A DNA stretch of 64,000 nt from Escherichia virus KFS-EC, in the sequence record MH560358; one strand, given 5' to 3'. The position numbers were made by a program, and so were the translations under genes. This document shows, one piece after another, positions 40,954 through 50,236 of the stretch. Every line of letters begins with the position of its first letter. Positions within the stretch are counted from its first letter, which is position 1. The notes under the pieces were generated by a model. The model was given only the letters and a program-made list of their open reading frames with translations, was not told the origin of the DNA and did no database searches.

Positions 40954-42195
40954 ATGACTCATATTTTTACTGAACTGTTGCGGGAATCTACTTCCTCAGT
41001 AGCTAACCAGACAGCGCGACCGCAACTATTATCATTAACTCGCGCGGTAAACAACCTGATTTTCTCTGATCTGGTAGCAATCCAACCAACGGATCAACCA
41101 GTATCTGCATTGTACGGCCTACGTTATCTTAATCGTGATGGTCAGATGACTTTCCGAACTGCTGCAACCTACGGTGGCGCGGCTGGTGATCGCACAGAGA
41201 TTGAAGAGTTTTCAAAAGAAAAATCTTATGACGAAGGCGCACTGTTCAAATCAGGCGATGTTGTATACGAAGTTGTGACCGCTGGTACAGTCGGTGAAGA
41301 TGCCGAAACTCCAGAATCTGCGATCTTTAAAGGCGTAATGACAAACAAAATTCGTTTCTATAGCGATTGTGCATCGGTAGAATACTTTGAAGATAAAAAC
41401 ACCGAAATTGTGTCTACCTCTATGCAGTTTGACAAGTGGCAAGTTAATGTAGGTTCTCGTAAACTGAAAACCTCGTTCACCACTGAATTAATGCAGGATC
41501 TTGAGGCAAGCCAAATCAACTCTGAAAACTCTGTAATTGATCTTCTGGCTACTGTTGCTTCCGAAGAGATCAACAAAGATATTATTCAGAAGTTGATCAC
41601 TGTATCATCTCGCTATAAAATTAAAGGGATCACCCCTGATGGCGTACTTTCTCTCGTTAGCGTTCAGGATGCACCATCACAAGCGCGTGAACTTTACCGC
41701 TATGCTTGCGAGATGAGCAATCAAATGTTGCGGACTTCCTCCTTTGCTGGTACATACGTTTTGGCGTCTTCTCGCGTGGTTGGCCTCCTGCAATCATCCG
41801 GTTGGATGGAAGAAACCGACAATGCTCTAAGCGAAGGTCGTCTACGTTGCGGTCTGGAAGTGTACGCAGACACGACAACACCTTTCGATTATATGCTCGT
41901 TGGTTGTAAGCACATGATCGGTGATATGGAGAGTGTAGGTTCTCTGTTCTACTCCCCATATACAGAAGCCGACGGCGCTGGCGCGTATAAGAGCGTAATT
42001 GACCCTAATAGCTTCCAGCATCATGTAGCTATTATGAATCGTTATTCACTCTCTGTCAACCCATACACATCAAAAGTTGATCAGGAAGAACACCAGGTCA
42101 TCAAGGGTGACGATTGGGGTAAAATGGCTGGACGTTCAGAAATGTCCTACATTTTAGGAATCGAACTGCCACCACTTGAGATTGACAACGCTTAA
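40954..42195 (+). CDS. 24: head vertex protein gp24
   Basis: ELLRESTSS...RPQLLSLTRA matches the recalled T4 gp24 N-terminus; track start 40906 lies within the late promoter so 40954 is preferred. Confidence 0.9.
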   Translation: MTHIFTELLRESTSSVANQTARPQLLSLTRAVNNLIFSDLVAIQPTDQPVSALYGLRYLNRDGQMTFRTAATYGGAAGDRTEIEEFSKEKSYDEGALFKSGDVVYEVVTAGTVGEDAETPESAIFKGVMTNKIRFYSDCASVEYFEDKNTEIVSTSMQFDKWQVNVGSRKLKTSFTTELMQDLEASQINSENSVIDLLATVASEEINKDIIQKLITVSSRYKIKGITPDGVLSLVSVQDAPSQARELYRYACEMSNQMLRTSSFAGTYVLASSRVVGLLQSSGWMEETDNALSEGRLRCGLEVYADTTTPFDYMLVGCKHMIGDMESVGSLFYSPYTEADGAGAYKSVIDPNSFQHHVAIMNRYSLSVNPYTSKVDQEEHQVIKGDDWGKMAGRSEMSYILGIELPPLEIDNA

Positions 42196-42783
42196 CTAAA
42201 TATCTAACCAAGACAAGTCAGATCCGCCCAAGATTTTTTCGACGGCGGATCTATTTTCTTGATGATATAAGTTAAAACATGGTATCCCATGTCTACGGGC
42301 AACATAAACAGCAATTCTAGTTCCTCCCGAAACGATTCCATTAACTTCTTTCGCCCAGAATATCACACAATCTACAGGATCATCAAGTGTCTCACCTAAG
42401 ACTTGAGCAACATTTCTAGAAAACAGATTTTGCATGTATAACGGTATAGAACGAGGATTATCATAAACGTGTTCTAATTCATCCATCGCCAGATTTTTTT
42501 GTTCTAAGGTTTGCCATGCAATCACATCATGACCGTTATGCTTGTGGTCATAAAACTTCCAATTTGGAATGAAAATTTTTCTATACTCTGGATCGTAATA
42601 CTTCATGAAAGCATTGTCCATACCGTAAGCCCCTCCAGAATGCGCTACAACGCGATTTTCTGACAATACCCTCCCAATGGTACTAGCCATTATCAAAATG
42701 TCGCTAGGCGCTTTTCTAGAGCCGATTAAAGCACATCTACGAAGTGGTTTTACTCCAAATAGATCTTGTAACTGGTCAAACAT
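42196..42783 (-). CDS. DprA/Smf-like (SLOG-type Rossmann fold) protein
   Basis: ALIGSRKAP...VVAHSGGAYGMDNAF and later IVSGGTRIAVYVARRHGIPCFNL resemble the DprA/SLOG nucleotide-binding signature; convergent with gp24. Confidence 0.45.
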   Translation of the reverse strand: MFDQLQDLFGVKPLRRCALIGSRKAPSDILIMASTIGRVLSENRVVAHSGGAYGMDNAFMKYYDPEYRKIFIPNWKFYDHKHNGHDVIAWQTLEQKNLAMDELEHVYDNPRSIPLYMQNLFSRNVAQVLGETLDDPVDCVIFWAKEVNGIVSGGTRIAVYVARRHGIPCFNLYHQENRSAVEKILGGSDLSWLDI

Positions 42784-42903
42784 AATATTTCCTCCATAGA
42801 AAGCAATATCATACTACAAGTTAATAACAAATACAAGTATCCGCGTAGCGGAAGCGAGCACAGCGAGCAATAAAACACTTCCAGTAATTGATTAATAAAT
42901 GTT

Positions 42904-42961
42904 CGAAACAAATTTTTATTATTCTATAAGATAAGTCTTCGTTTTGATCATAATTTAATCA
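42904..42961. repeat. copy B of ~45-bp repeated intergenic element
   Basis: CGAAACAAATTTTTATTATTCTATAAGATAAGTCTTCGTTTTGATCATAATTTAATCA. Confidence 0.7.
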
Positions 42962-43065
42962 TACATGTAAAAAACTACACAAAAGGATATCGCTTCGCGA
43001 ACTCCTACGGAGTATAACATTTGTGTTACAATATGTAGTGATTAATAATTAACCAAAGATACATT

Positions 43066-43111
43066 TTCTATGTTCTAAAGATCTTTCTTCGTTTTGATCA
43101 TAATTTAATCA
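43066..43111. repeat. copy C of ~45-bp repeated intergenic element
   Basis: TTCTAAAGATCTTTCTTCGTTTTGATCATAATTTAATCA; 24-nt identical to copy A, 26-nt identical to copy B. Confidence 0.7.
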
Positions 43112-43168
43112 AACAGTATTAATATTGTGCACATGTAAACTAAAATTATGTTAATAACAGATACAAAA

Positions 43169-43188
43169 AGCCGCCCCTAAGGACGGCT
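43169..43188 (-). terminator. possible terminator (minus orientation)
   Basis: AGCCGCC...GGACGGCT imperfect hairpin with T-run on minus strand, downstream of the 145-aa ORF. Confidence 0.4.
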
Positions 43189-43196
43189 AATGTTAA

Positions 43197-43634
43197 TTAT
43201 TTGTTGATAACGATCTGATTTCGGCGAATGGTAACATTACTCTTAGAGATGATCAGATCATCCGGCACTACGTTAGTTTTGTATGGCTGGAAGCGAACAA
43301 GCATCTGATTGCGTTTAGACCCTTCCTTAATCTTGATTTCCATCTGGATATTGTTGCCTACGTGAGCAACCGCAATTTCACCTTTATTCTCATAGACCCA
43401 CTTGCTGGTAACGTCTCCCGCAAAAGCCTTAATAACTTGCAATGCTTCGTCGTATGCGGTAGAGCTGTGAACTTTCAGAAGGCCAGCCGTAGCAAGACGG
43501 GAGCAGGTGATCGCCGGAGATTGCCAAACATCAACATTAATTTGCTCAATCAGCGTAACACCGCCCTGATCAACTGCTTTGAATGCTTCGAACATTGCCT
43601 TTTTCATTGCTACGTGGTTTTTACGGAATTTCAT
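43197..43634 (-). CDS. hypothetical protein (145 aa)
   Basis: ORF; no recognisable motif. Confidence 0.5.
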   Translation of the reverse strand: MKFRKNHVAMKKAMFEAFKAVDQGGVTLIEQINVDVWQSPAITCSRLATAGLLKVHSSTAYDEALQVIKAFAGDVTSKWVYENKGEIAVAHVGNNIQMEIKIKEGSKRNQMLVRFQPYKTNVVPDDLIISKSNVTIRRNQIVINK

Positions 43635-43680
43635 AATTAGTCACCTCTATTGATTAGTTATTCAGAATATTAATTACAAA

Positions 43681-44064
43681 TCAGGACATTGCCCGTTTGA
43701 ATGCGTCCATTATAACAGTGTTATTTGGCATGTCAACACGTTTTTGAACTTTATTTTTAAATTTTTTGTTGATGTGGTGTTTACGATAAACAACCTTTTC
43801 ACGGTTGGCGTAAGCCTCTCGTGCATCTTTTACCATCAACCATGCCTTAGCCGCATCTTGTCCGCTGATCCCGCCAATCTTTTTAGCAATATCAACAAAA
43901 TTAAGACCGTGGTCTTCGCGTAGCATGTAAACCATTAACGCTGTTTTCTTGTCCATCACTTCGCCCCATTGACGATTAACAGGATAGTGATCAGCACCGG
44001 AAACTGGATCATGACAGTACCAATAAACCGGATAAACGCATTTTCTGACTTCCACACATGACAT
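43681..44064 (-). CDS. hypothetical protein (127 aa)
   Basis: ORF; possible helix-turn-helix-like segment LNFVDIAKKIGGISGQDAAKAW (weak). Confidence 0.45.
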   Translation of the reverse strand: MSCVEVRKCVYPVYWYCHDPVSGADHYPVNRQWGEVMDKKTALMVYMLREDHGLNFVDIAKKIGGISGQDAAKAWLMVKDAREAYANREKVVYRKHHINKKFKNKVQKRVDMPNNTVIMDAFKRAMS

Positions 44065-44317
44065 GCGACTAGCTGATAGACCATTGTTGCAACCAAAGCC
44101 AGAAAATACATCTCGATTGGTGCTTCTTTGATCAATCGTACAATCTCATTCATACTTCACCTCATACATTCATAAACACAACAACGAATAATACAGTAAC
44201 AGTTATTAAAGCCATTTTCAACCCCATATTCATAATATTTTCTTCGCCTCACTATGACAGTAGCATGTCGATGCGTGCCATTATAGGCATCTAAATCGCT
44301 CTGTCAAGCACTAAAAA

Positions 44318-44348
44318 CAAAAAAGCCACCCCGAAGGATGGCTGATAG
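44318..44348 (-). terminator. intrinsic terminator downstream of hoc
   Basis: AGCCATCC-TTCG-GGGTGGCT hairpin + T-run on minus strand. Confidence 0.6.
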
Positions 44349-44354
44349 ATTTCA

Positions 44355-45581
44355 TTAAGCAGGATGCGTTTCACGAATGCGTAGAACTCGATCTGACGTC
44401 TCTCGGTCCAGTTTATGGAACTCTTTGGAATGATACATGAAACCATTGCGAGATTCCATGCAAGTGCAATCACTATATTTTTCTTCCGCTGCCGCGATTG
44501 TCTCCAGATCTTTGGCGTACTTGCTGGTAGAATAAACTTCTCGGTCACGCCACTCTAACCCAGCCTTATTGTATTTAACGATCTCGTCAAATACCCACCA
44601 TCCAATGTAGATAAATGAAGTTTTGCGCCACGGGATCGGGTGTACGTAACGAAACATTTTATGAAGAGATTCAACAACTTCCATTGAACATTTTCTGCTT
44701 GCACTTGATGCAACTTCTACTGTTTCCTCTTCGATCTGTTGATATAGTTTAGCAACACACCAGAATTTGGCTGTGTCATCGTAAGTAGCACGCTCTTTGA
44801 ATAGATGACCGTCTGGCATGATAGAAAATCCTTCCAGTGCTTCGCCGTCCTCACTACCGATCAGAGTCGGTGACGGTTGCCCTTCGCGCTGCAAATACCA
44901 GTTATGTTTGATCGTCAATTTAGGCATACCGCTAGAATCGCCTACAATGTCCTCTGACACAACATAATTAAGTAAGATCTCCTTACCTAGTGCCACGGTC
45001 TTTGATTCCACCACATCCTGATCTACGTTCATTGTTGCCAGCATGATTTTAGTCGATGCGCTATCGGCTGAATCTTCCGACTCACCCCACACTTTTACAG
45101 TATACACGCCGTTTTTATCTGCTGTAAATTCTTTGATTGTAATATTCTGTTTTGTGTCTATAACTTCTTCGCCCTTACTCCAACTATAATGTAGTTCATA
45201 GTTGTCTGCTGGAGTCTTCCCACCCGAAAATTTTACTGTTGCATGTAATTCTACGTCTTTTTGTGATGATACGTAGAAATGCGGCGGTTCGGTGATATTT
45301 ACGATTAATTCAGCTTCTTCCATGAGGAAAACGTCAGATTCTACTGATGTCGTCGTATCGGTATCTTGTACCGTTACTTTATAGCTACCCGCATTTTCAC
45401 TTGTTGCGTCTGCTACAGTTAGCGTAGCTGTGCTATTTTCATGCGGTTGGTCGTCTTTTGTCCATGTATATGTCAAATTGCTGGGTAATGGTTCGTCACC
45501 CGTTACAGTCGCCGTTAAGGTGAAACCATCGCCAGCAAGAAAACATCTTTTGTCAGATTTAATTGATACTGTGAAAGCCAT
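44355..45581 (-). CDS. hoc: head outer capsid protein Hoc (Ig-like domains)
   Basis: N-terminal MAFTVSI..., repeated Ig-like TYTW/KVTV segments, C-terminal YVHPIPWR...IGWWVFDEIV...ESRNG matching recalled T4 Hoc C-terminus. Confidence 0.8.
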   Translation of the reverse strand: MAFTVSIKSDKRCFLAGDGFTLTATVTGDEPLPSNLTYTWTKDDQPHENSTATLTVADATSENAGSYKVTVQDTDTTTSVESDVFLMEEAELIVNITEPPHFYVSSQKDVELHATVKFSGGKTPADNYELHYSWSKGEEVIDTKQNITIKEFTADKNGVYTVKVWGESEDSADSASTKIMLATMNVDQDVVESKTVALGKEILLNYVVSEDIVGDSSGMPKLTIKHNWYLQREGQPSPTLIGSEDGEALEGFSIMPDGHLFKERATYDDTAKFWCVAKLYQQIEEETVEVASSASRKCSMEVVESLHKMFRYVHPIPWRKTSFIYIGWWVFDEIVKYNKAGLEWRDREVYSTSKYAKDLETIAAAEEKYSDCTCMESRNGFMYHSKEFHKLDRETSDRVLRIRETHPA

Positions 45582-45846
45582 ATAAAGCCACTCCCATAGA
45601 AAATCCGAATTTAATTAATTGAAATAGTTGATTGCCATCAACCAGATAACCATTGCGAGATTCCAATACATGAGTATTAGAATAGTGATGCAACGAGGCC
45701 GAAATAGTATCGATCTCGTCTGGGTATTTGTTCTGTTTGATGTAATACATTGATTTTGTTAGACATGTAGTATCCTCTTTTTAATTGCATAACGGAACTA
45801 CAATTAAAATTATAACAAATATTTCACAACTTTTATCACCCAAAAA

Positions 45847-46572
45847 TTACTTGAGTGTGTGGAATTGGCTATGTTTAGTCTCTCGCACCTTGACAGACCC
45901 ATCGCGTTTGATATAATAGATCAGTGACTTGAGGGTGTCGTGTACATACGCGTGCGGGAAACGCTCTGGATACTTCTTCCAATCTGGAGTATTAACGATC
46001 CAGTCGAAAATCCACCACGGGCAGGAGTAGTAACCACGACCGCCACCGATCAAGCAAATGGTCGGACGGAAGCCAGTAAGATCGCAAAATGAATCAGTGT
46101 CATGTGCTGGGGAACGATGCTCTGCTTCGTTAGAGAAAATGTTGGCTACCGGAGATTCCACTTTAACTTCCGGTGCTTCTTCAACATCTGACTTAACTTC
46201 TTCGACCACTGGTTCAACTGCTGGAGATTCTTCTTTTGTTTCTTCAATGGCGATCTCAGGTTCTTTCATTGCTTCAACCAGAGACGGATCAACTTCGTCG
46301 AATACCACTTTATCATCTGCGGTGTCTGCTGCCAGAATAAGATCGTTAATACTGGTTCCTTCTGCCGGAGTTTCTTCTTCCATTTCGGAAGCCAGTTTAG
46401 TTAATTCGGTTTCTACGAACTCGATCATGTTCTCTAGTGATAAAGTCTTTTTGACCTTAATATCAAATTGTTTTGCGTAGTCAGCTAATTCTGTTTTAGC
46501 TGTTTTCTGTGCTTCTTTGTCGTCGGACGCCGCAATAGCGCGGAGTTCTTCGAAATATTCTTTATCAAACAT
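45847..46572 (-). CDS. inh: Inh-like protein with Hoc-type C-terminal WW motif
   Basis: Position between hoc and uvsW as in T4; acidic middle; C-terminal CPWWIFDWIV parallels Hoc IGWWVFDEIV. Confidence 0.45.
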   Translation of the reverse strand: MFDKEYFEELRAIAASDDKEAQKTAKTELADYAKQFDIKVKKTLSLENMIEFVETELTKLASEMEEETPAEGTSINDLILAADTADDKVVFDEVDPSLVEAMKEPEIAIEETKEESPAVEPVVEEVKSDVEEAPEVKVESPVANIFSNEAEHRSPAHDTDSFCDLTGFRPTICLIGGGRGYYSCPWWIFDWIVNTPDWKKYPERFPHAYVHDTLKSLIYYIKRDGSVKVRETKHSQFHTLK

Positions 46573-46598
46573 GTTATTCTCCTGATTGGGGGTGTTTG

Positions 46599-46606
46599 TA
46601 TAAATA
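46599..46606 (+). promoter_or_regulatory. T4-type late promoter (TATAAATA)
   Basis: Exact TATAAATA 37 nt upstream of the uvsW ATG. Confidence 0.55.
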
Positions 46607-46642
46607 TTTGTATACTGTATTTATTGAGTGAGGCTATTCGCT

Positions 46643-48145
46643 ATGCAAGATATTAAAATTCACTTTCTGAACTACTCCCATGTTCAAATTGAATGTAGCG
46701 ATTCAATTTTATTAGAAATGCGAGATTATTTTAGTTTTGAAGTCGAGGGAGCGCGGTTTCAAAAAAGATTTAAGTATGGTGGATGGGATGGGCGTATTCG
46801 TCTTTTAGATTACAACGGAAAGCTGCCAATCGGCCTAACTAAAACCGTGGGAATCTTCGCTAAAAATATGGGCTATAGCGTATGGGTAGATCCTCGCTTA
46901 TTCGAAAAAGAACAAGTTACAGAAGAAGAAATTACAAAATGGTGTAATGACTTAGAATTATATTCCGGTGCTAACAGGATCACCCCGCATTGGTATCAAT
47001 CAAAGGCTGTCTTTGAAGGTATCCATCATAAACGCCGTATGTTAGTTTTGCCTACGTCCGCTGGTAAATCTGCGATTGCTTGTATGTTGTCTCGCTGGTA
47101 CTTAGAGAACTACGAAGGGAAAGTGCTGATCATCGTTCCTACCACGTCGCTAGTGCTGCAAATGCGTGATGATTTTGTTGATTATCGCCAGTTTCCGTAT
47201 GAAGCAATTCATACTATCATGAGCGGTACTAGTAAACACGTAGGTGATCGCCTGATCGTTGTTAGTACGTGGCAATCAGCATGTAAACAGCCTCGTGAGT
47301 GGTTCCAACAATTTGGGATGGTAATTGTTGATGAATGTCACAAAGCCACTGCTAAAAACCTGCTAAACATCGTTACTGATATGGCTCATTGCCAATTTAA
47401 GATCGGCATGACTGGTTCCCCTCGTGACGGGAAAGCTAACATGATGCAGTATGTCGGGCTTTTCGGTGATATTTCCAAGATCGTGAGTATTGACCGCCTG
47501 ATGGAAGAAGGGCAGGTGACAAAACTGAAAATTAACTGTCTTTTCCTTCGTTATACCGATGAGGAATGTAGCGCGGTTAAGGGGCGAGAATATGCGGAAG
47601 AGATCAAGTATATTACGTCTAACCCACGACGAAATAAGTTTGCTTGTAATTTGGCGCTAAAACTCGCTAAGAAGGGCGAAAACGTATTCCTTATGTTCCG
47701 CAATACTAAGCACGGAAAACTTATGTATGACGCGTTACAGAAGGTACACGACAAGGTTTATTATATTGACGGTGGAGTTAAGACAGAAGAACGTGATGAA
47801 TTTAAGAAAATGGCGGAGGGTGACACCGGGATCATTTGTGTTGCGTCTTATGGTGTATTCTCTACTGGTGTTTCAATTAAGAATTTGCATCATGTTATTT
47901 TCGGTCATCCAGTGAAGGAATCAACTATCGTTCGTCAGAGTATCGGTCGTGCATTGCGTAAACATGGTTCGAAAGACATTGCAACGGTCTGGGATCTTAT
48001 AGATCATCTGGCGGTGAAGACAAAGAGCAAGAATGCTAAGAAACAGTTTAGCCACCTTAATTATGCTCTTAAACATGCGCTTGAAAGAATAAAAATTTAT
48101 AACACCGATCGATTCGAATATGTCACGAAAACAATCGAGATTTAA
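46643..48145 (+). CDS. uvsW: UvsW SF2 DNA helicase
   Basis: MQDIKIHF N-terminus like recalled T4 UvsW; Walker A LPTSAGKS, DECH box (VVDECHKAT). Confidence 0.85.
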   Translation: MQDIKIHFLNYSHVQIECSDSILLEMRDYFSFEVEGARFQKRFKYGGWDGRIRLLDYNGKLPIGLTKTVGIFAKNMGYSVWVDPRLFEKEQVTEEEITKWCNDLELYSGANRITPHWYQSKAVFEGIHHKRRMLVLPTSAGKSAIACMLSRWYLENYEGKVLIIVPTTSLVLQMRDDFVDYRQFPYEAIHTIMSGTSKHVGDRLIVVSTWQSACKQPREWFQQFGMVIVDECHKATAKNLLNIVTDMAHCQFKIGMTGSPRDGKANMMQYVGLFGDISKIVSIDRLMEEGQVTKLKINCLFLRYTDEECSAVKGREYAEEIKYITSNPRRNKFACNLALKLAKKGENVFLMFRNTKHGKLMYDALQKVHDKVYYIDGGVKTEERDEFKKMAEGDTGIICVASYGVFSTGVSIKNLHHVIFGHPVKESTIVRQSIGRALRKHGSKDIATVWDLIDHLAVKTKSKNAKKQFSHLNYALKHALERIKIYNTDRFEYVTKTIEI

Positions 48146-48188
48146 TAAATAGGGGCTTTAATGCCCCTTTATTCTACGGAGATTAAAA

Positions 48189-48425
48189 ATGATTAGCTTT
48201 AAACGTTTTTTGGTTGAGGCCGCTATTGACGGTTTCATGCGTAAGATTTATTCTTGTAATACTATCGAGGGATTAAATGAACTTGAGGCATATTATGAGA
48301 AGCGCAAGAAAGAAACAGAATTGAAACCTGCTGATGATATTTCGATCCGTGATGCCATCGCCGGACGCCGTAAGCAATTGGAAGCGGACAACGAGCCAGA
48401 AGAGGAGCCGGAAGAAGATTTTTAA
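48189..48425 (+). CDS. uvsW.1: UvsW.1-like small protein
   Basis: 78-aa ORF directly after uvsW; acidic C-terminus. Confidence 0.6.
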   Translation: MISFKRFLVEAAIDGFMRKIYSCNTIEGLNELEAYYEKRKKETELKPADDISIRDAIAGRRKQLEADNEPEEEPEEDF

Positions 48426-48430
48426 GATAT

Positions 48431-48458
48431 AAAAAAGCCCCATCAATGATGGGGCAAA
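48431..48458 (-). terminator. intrinsic terminator (minus orientation)
   Basis: GCCCCATC-AA-GATGGGGC hairpin + T-run on minus strand. Confidence 0.6.
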
Positions 48459-48488
48459 ATAAACCAATTAAAATCGGTTATCAACAAA

Positions 48489-48665
48489 TTACATTAACAG
48501 CATTGTTTGCTCTACGAGTTGTTCTTGTTCTTCGCCGTTCGCATCTTCACTAATCGAACGTTCTGTTACTAGCTGTAAGCAGTAGCCAGTGTGAACAACG
48601 CCGTTTTCTGTCTGGACGGCTAACGCATCCTCGACAGGTTGTTTACAACAAATACAGATTTTCAT
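48489..48665 (-). CDS. small Cys-rich protein (58 aa, MKICICCKQPVED...)
   Basis: Below track cutoff; strong AGGAGG SD; lies between uvsW.1 and uvsY where T4 has small uvsY.-x ORFs. Confidence 0.45.
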   Translation of the reverse strand: MKICICCKQPVEDALAVQTENGVVHTGYCLQLVTERSISEDANGEEQEQLVEQTMLLM

Positions 48666-48686
48666 AAAAATTCCTCCTGCATGTAT

Positions 48687-49094
48687 TTAGCGTCCAGATT
48701 CCAGCATACGCAATTCTATAGCATTCTTGATCGCAAATCCACGAGATTTAACGATATCAAGTGCGCGACCAGCAAAATCCATTACCATCTGGTAATATGC
48801 AATTTTCGTATCAAGCGGTAAGATCTCGTCGTCTGCTGCCATGACAACTTTCAATTCTGATTTCTCATATTCAGCGCGACACCAGTCATCACTACGGTTA
48901 GTGTAAAAGTCAAGACGATTTTTCATAGCCTTTTTCTTTTTAGCCTCAAGAGCAATCGTCTCTCTTTTCGCCTCGCTGTAAATCCTTAACCACTTTGAGT
49001 ATACTACCGGATTATTCAGCGCCTCCCATTGCAACTTAGTCGCATCGATCTTCATGTCAGCTTCTAATTGTTCTTTCAAATCGTTTAGGTCCAT
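48687..49094 (-). CDS. uvsY: recombination mediator UvsY
   Basis: DLNDLKEQLEADMKIDATKLQWEA...KSRGFAIKNAIELRMLE matches the recalled T4 UvsY. Confidence 0.9.
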   Translation of the reverse strand: MDLNDLKEQLEADMKIDATKLQWEALNNPVVYSKWLRIYSEAKRETIALEAKKKKAMKNRLDFYTNRSDDWCRAEYEKSELKVVMAADDEILPLDTKIAYYQMVMDFAGRALDIVKSRGFAIKNAIELRMLESGR

Positions 49095-49141
49095 AATATC
49101 CCCTTATTCACACTAAGACCTATATCATATCACACACAAAA

Positions 49142-49528
49142 TCACTTTGCAAGTCTTATGCGTAGTTGTTCAAGATCATCTGGGTTATCTATTACTGAAA
49201 AGTAGATTGATACTATGATCGAGTTGTCATCATACTGCGGAGTTACTTCTACTGTCAGGTTTCGGACCCGTGGTTCATAGTTTCGGATCGCCTCATTGAT
49301 GTTTTTTGATAAGGTATCCACTGTCAGTGGGTTCATGTTCTCAAACAGTGATTTATTGAGATCGCATCCAAACAGTGGATCAAATGGACGAGATCCCTTG
49401 CGAGTAGTCACGATCAGTAGAATAGAATCCTTAACCGCTTTAATCCCTATGTTCTTTTTAACGTCGTTATTCCACGATCTGGATATATTGAGATCCAAAT
49501 CAGTATACATCTGATTAATAGTTGCCAT
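49142..49528 (-). CDS. 25: baseplate wedge protein gp25
   Basis: TTRKGSRPFDPLFGCDL...IYFSVIDNPDDLEQL matches recalled T4 gp25; start at ATG 49528 with GAGGT SD. Confidence 0.9.
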   Translation of the reverse strand: MATINQMYTDLDLNISRSWNNDVKKNIGIKAVKDSILLIVTTRKGSRPFDPLFGCDLNKSLFENMNPLTVDTLSKNINEAIRNYEPRVRNLTVEVTPQYDDNSIIVSIYFSVIDNPDDLEQLRIRLAK

Positions 49529-49536
49529 GTTATACC

Positions 49537-50166
49537 TCAAAGAATTTTAAGGAAACTGGATAGACCTGATAATGAATATACACCAGATTCCCCGCATTCG
49601 CACTTGATCGGTACTGCCAGCGTGATTTGATTTCTTGTTAGCTCGTCGATCACTTCTTCCACTTTATCCGTGGTAAGCATATCCAGCACGCGGTCAAAGT
49701 CCTGTGCGTTCAGGTCGTCTATATTGAATTGCTGATCTCCGATCACGATATATTCGATACATGCAATTACCATCTGCATAATATCAACATCTTCTGTAAA
49801 CTTAGGTTGACGAAATTTGATTTTTACTTGCCCTAAGTCCAGAATATACGGTTCAACTTCTGGTATCTGTGTGCGTGAAACATCAAGAGAGTATACTTTC
49901 TCTTTATTGCATACACCACACACCCAAGTAGCATCAAATTTCATCTTATTGAGGCTGTGACACCATAAGAGAAGAAAAATATATTCTGCTTCGCATTTCT
50001 CTAGCTCTAATGCATTGATCCCCGTACATTCATGTATGATCTCTATAACAACCTCTGACAGCTTGCCAGTCTCTTTTGCTGCTACCAGTTTTTGAAATTC
50101 GCCGAAGGTGAAAGCACGGGCGTGTATCAACTTTTCGCCTAATTGGATCTTGAACAAGTATTGCAT
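49537..50166 (-). CDS. 26: baseplate hub protein gp26
   Basis: 209 aa; position between gp25 and gp51. Confidence 0.65.
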   Translation of the reverse strand: MQYLFKIQLGEKLIHARAFTFGEFQKLVAAKETGKLSEVVIEIIHECTGINALELEKCEAEYIFLLLWCHSLNKMKFDATWVCGVCNKEKVYSLDVSRTQIPEVEPYILDLGQVKIKFRQPKFTEDVDIMQMVIACIEYIVIGDQQFNIDDLNAQDFDRVLDMLTTDKVEEVIDELTRNQITLAVPIKCECGESGVYSLSGLSSFLKIL

Positions 50167-50208
50167 AATAAAACACCCTTTATAAACACATAGAATTATT
50201 TAGTATTT

Positions 50209-50216
50209 TATAAATA
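50209..50216 (+). promoter_or_regulatory. T4-type late promoter (TATAAATA)
   Basis: Exact TATAAATA about 21 nt upstream of the gp51 ATG (short leader). Confidence 0.5.
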
Positions 50217-50236
50217 CCCGAAAGGGGGATTATACC

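Noticed and set aside
40780-40962. Minus-strand 60-aa ORF across the gp24 upstream region
   Set aside because: Overlaps the SD-supported plus-strand small ORF, a terminator and the late promoter; no start signals.
42820-42900. Possible tRNA or small structured RNA in the GC-richer segment CCGCGTAGCGGAAGCGAGCACAGCGAGC
   Set aside because: No cloverleaf could be drawn by eye (no acceptor stem/T-arm pairing, no GTTC-type T-loop).
43956-44153. 65-aa hydrophobic ORF overlapping the 127-aa gene
   Set aside because: Overlaps the 5' end of the 127-aa ORF in another frame; could equally be an artefact. Left uncalled.
46058-46480. Ser/Thr-rich plus-strand ORF antisense to the Inh-like gene
   Set aside because: Mirror frame of the acidic, Glu-rich Inh-like coding sequence; no SD.
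50179-50188. Second late promoter TTTATAAAC upstream of gp51
   Set aside because: Not an exact TATAAATA; the exact match at 50209-50216 is preferred.
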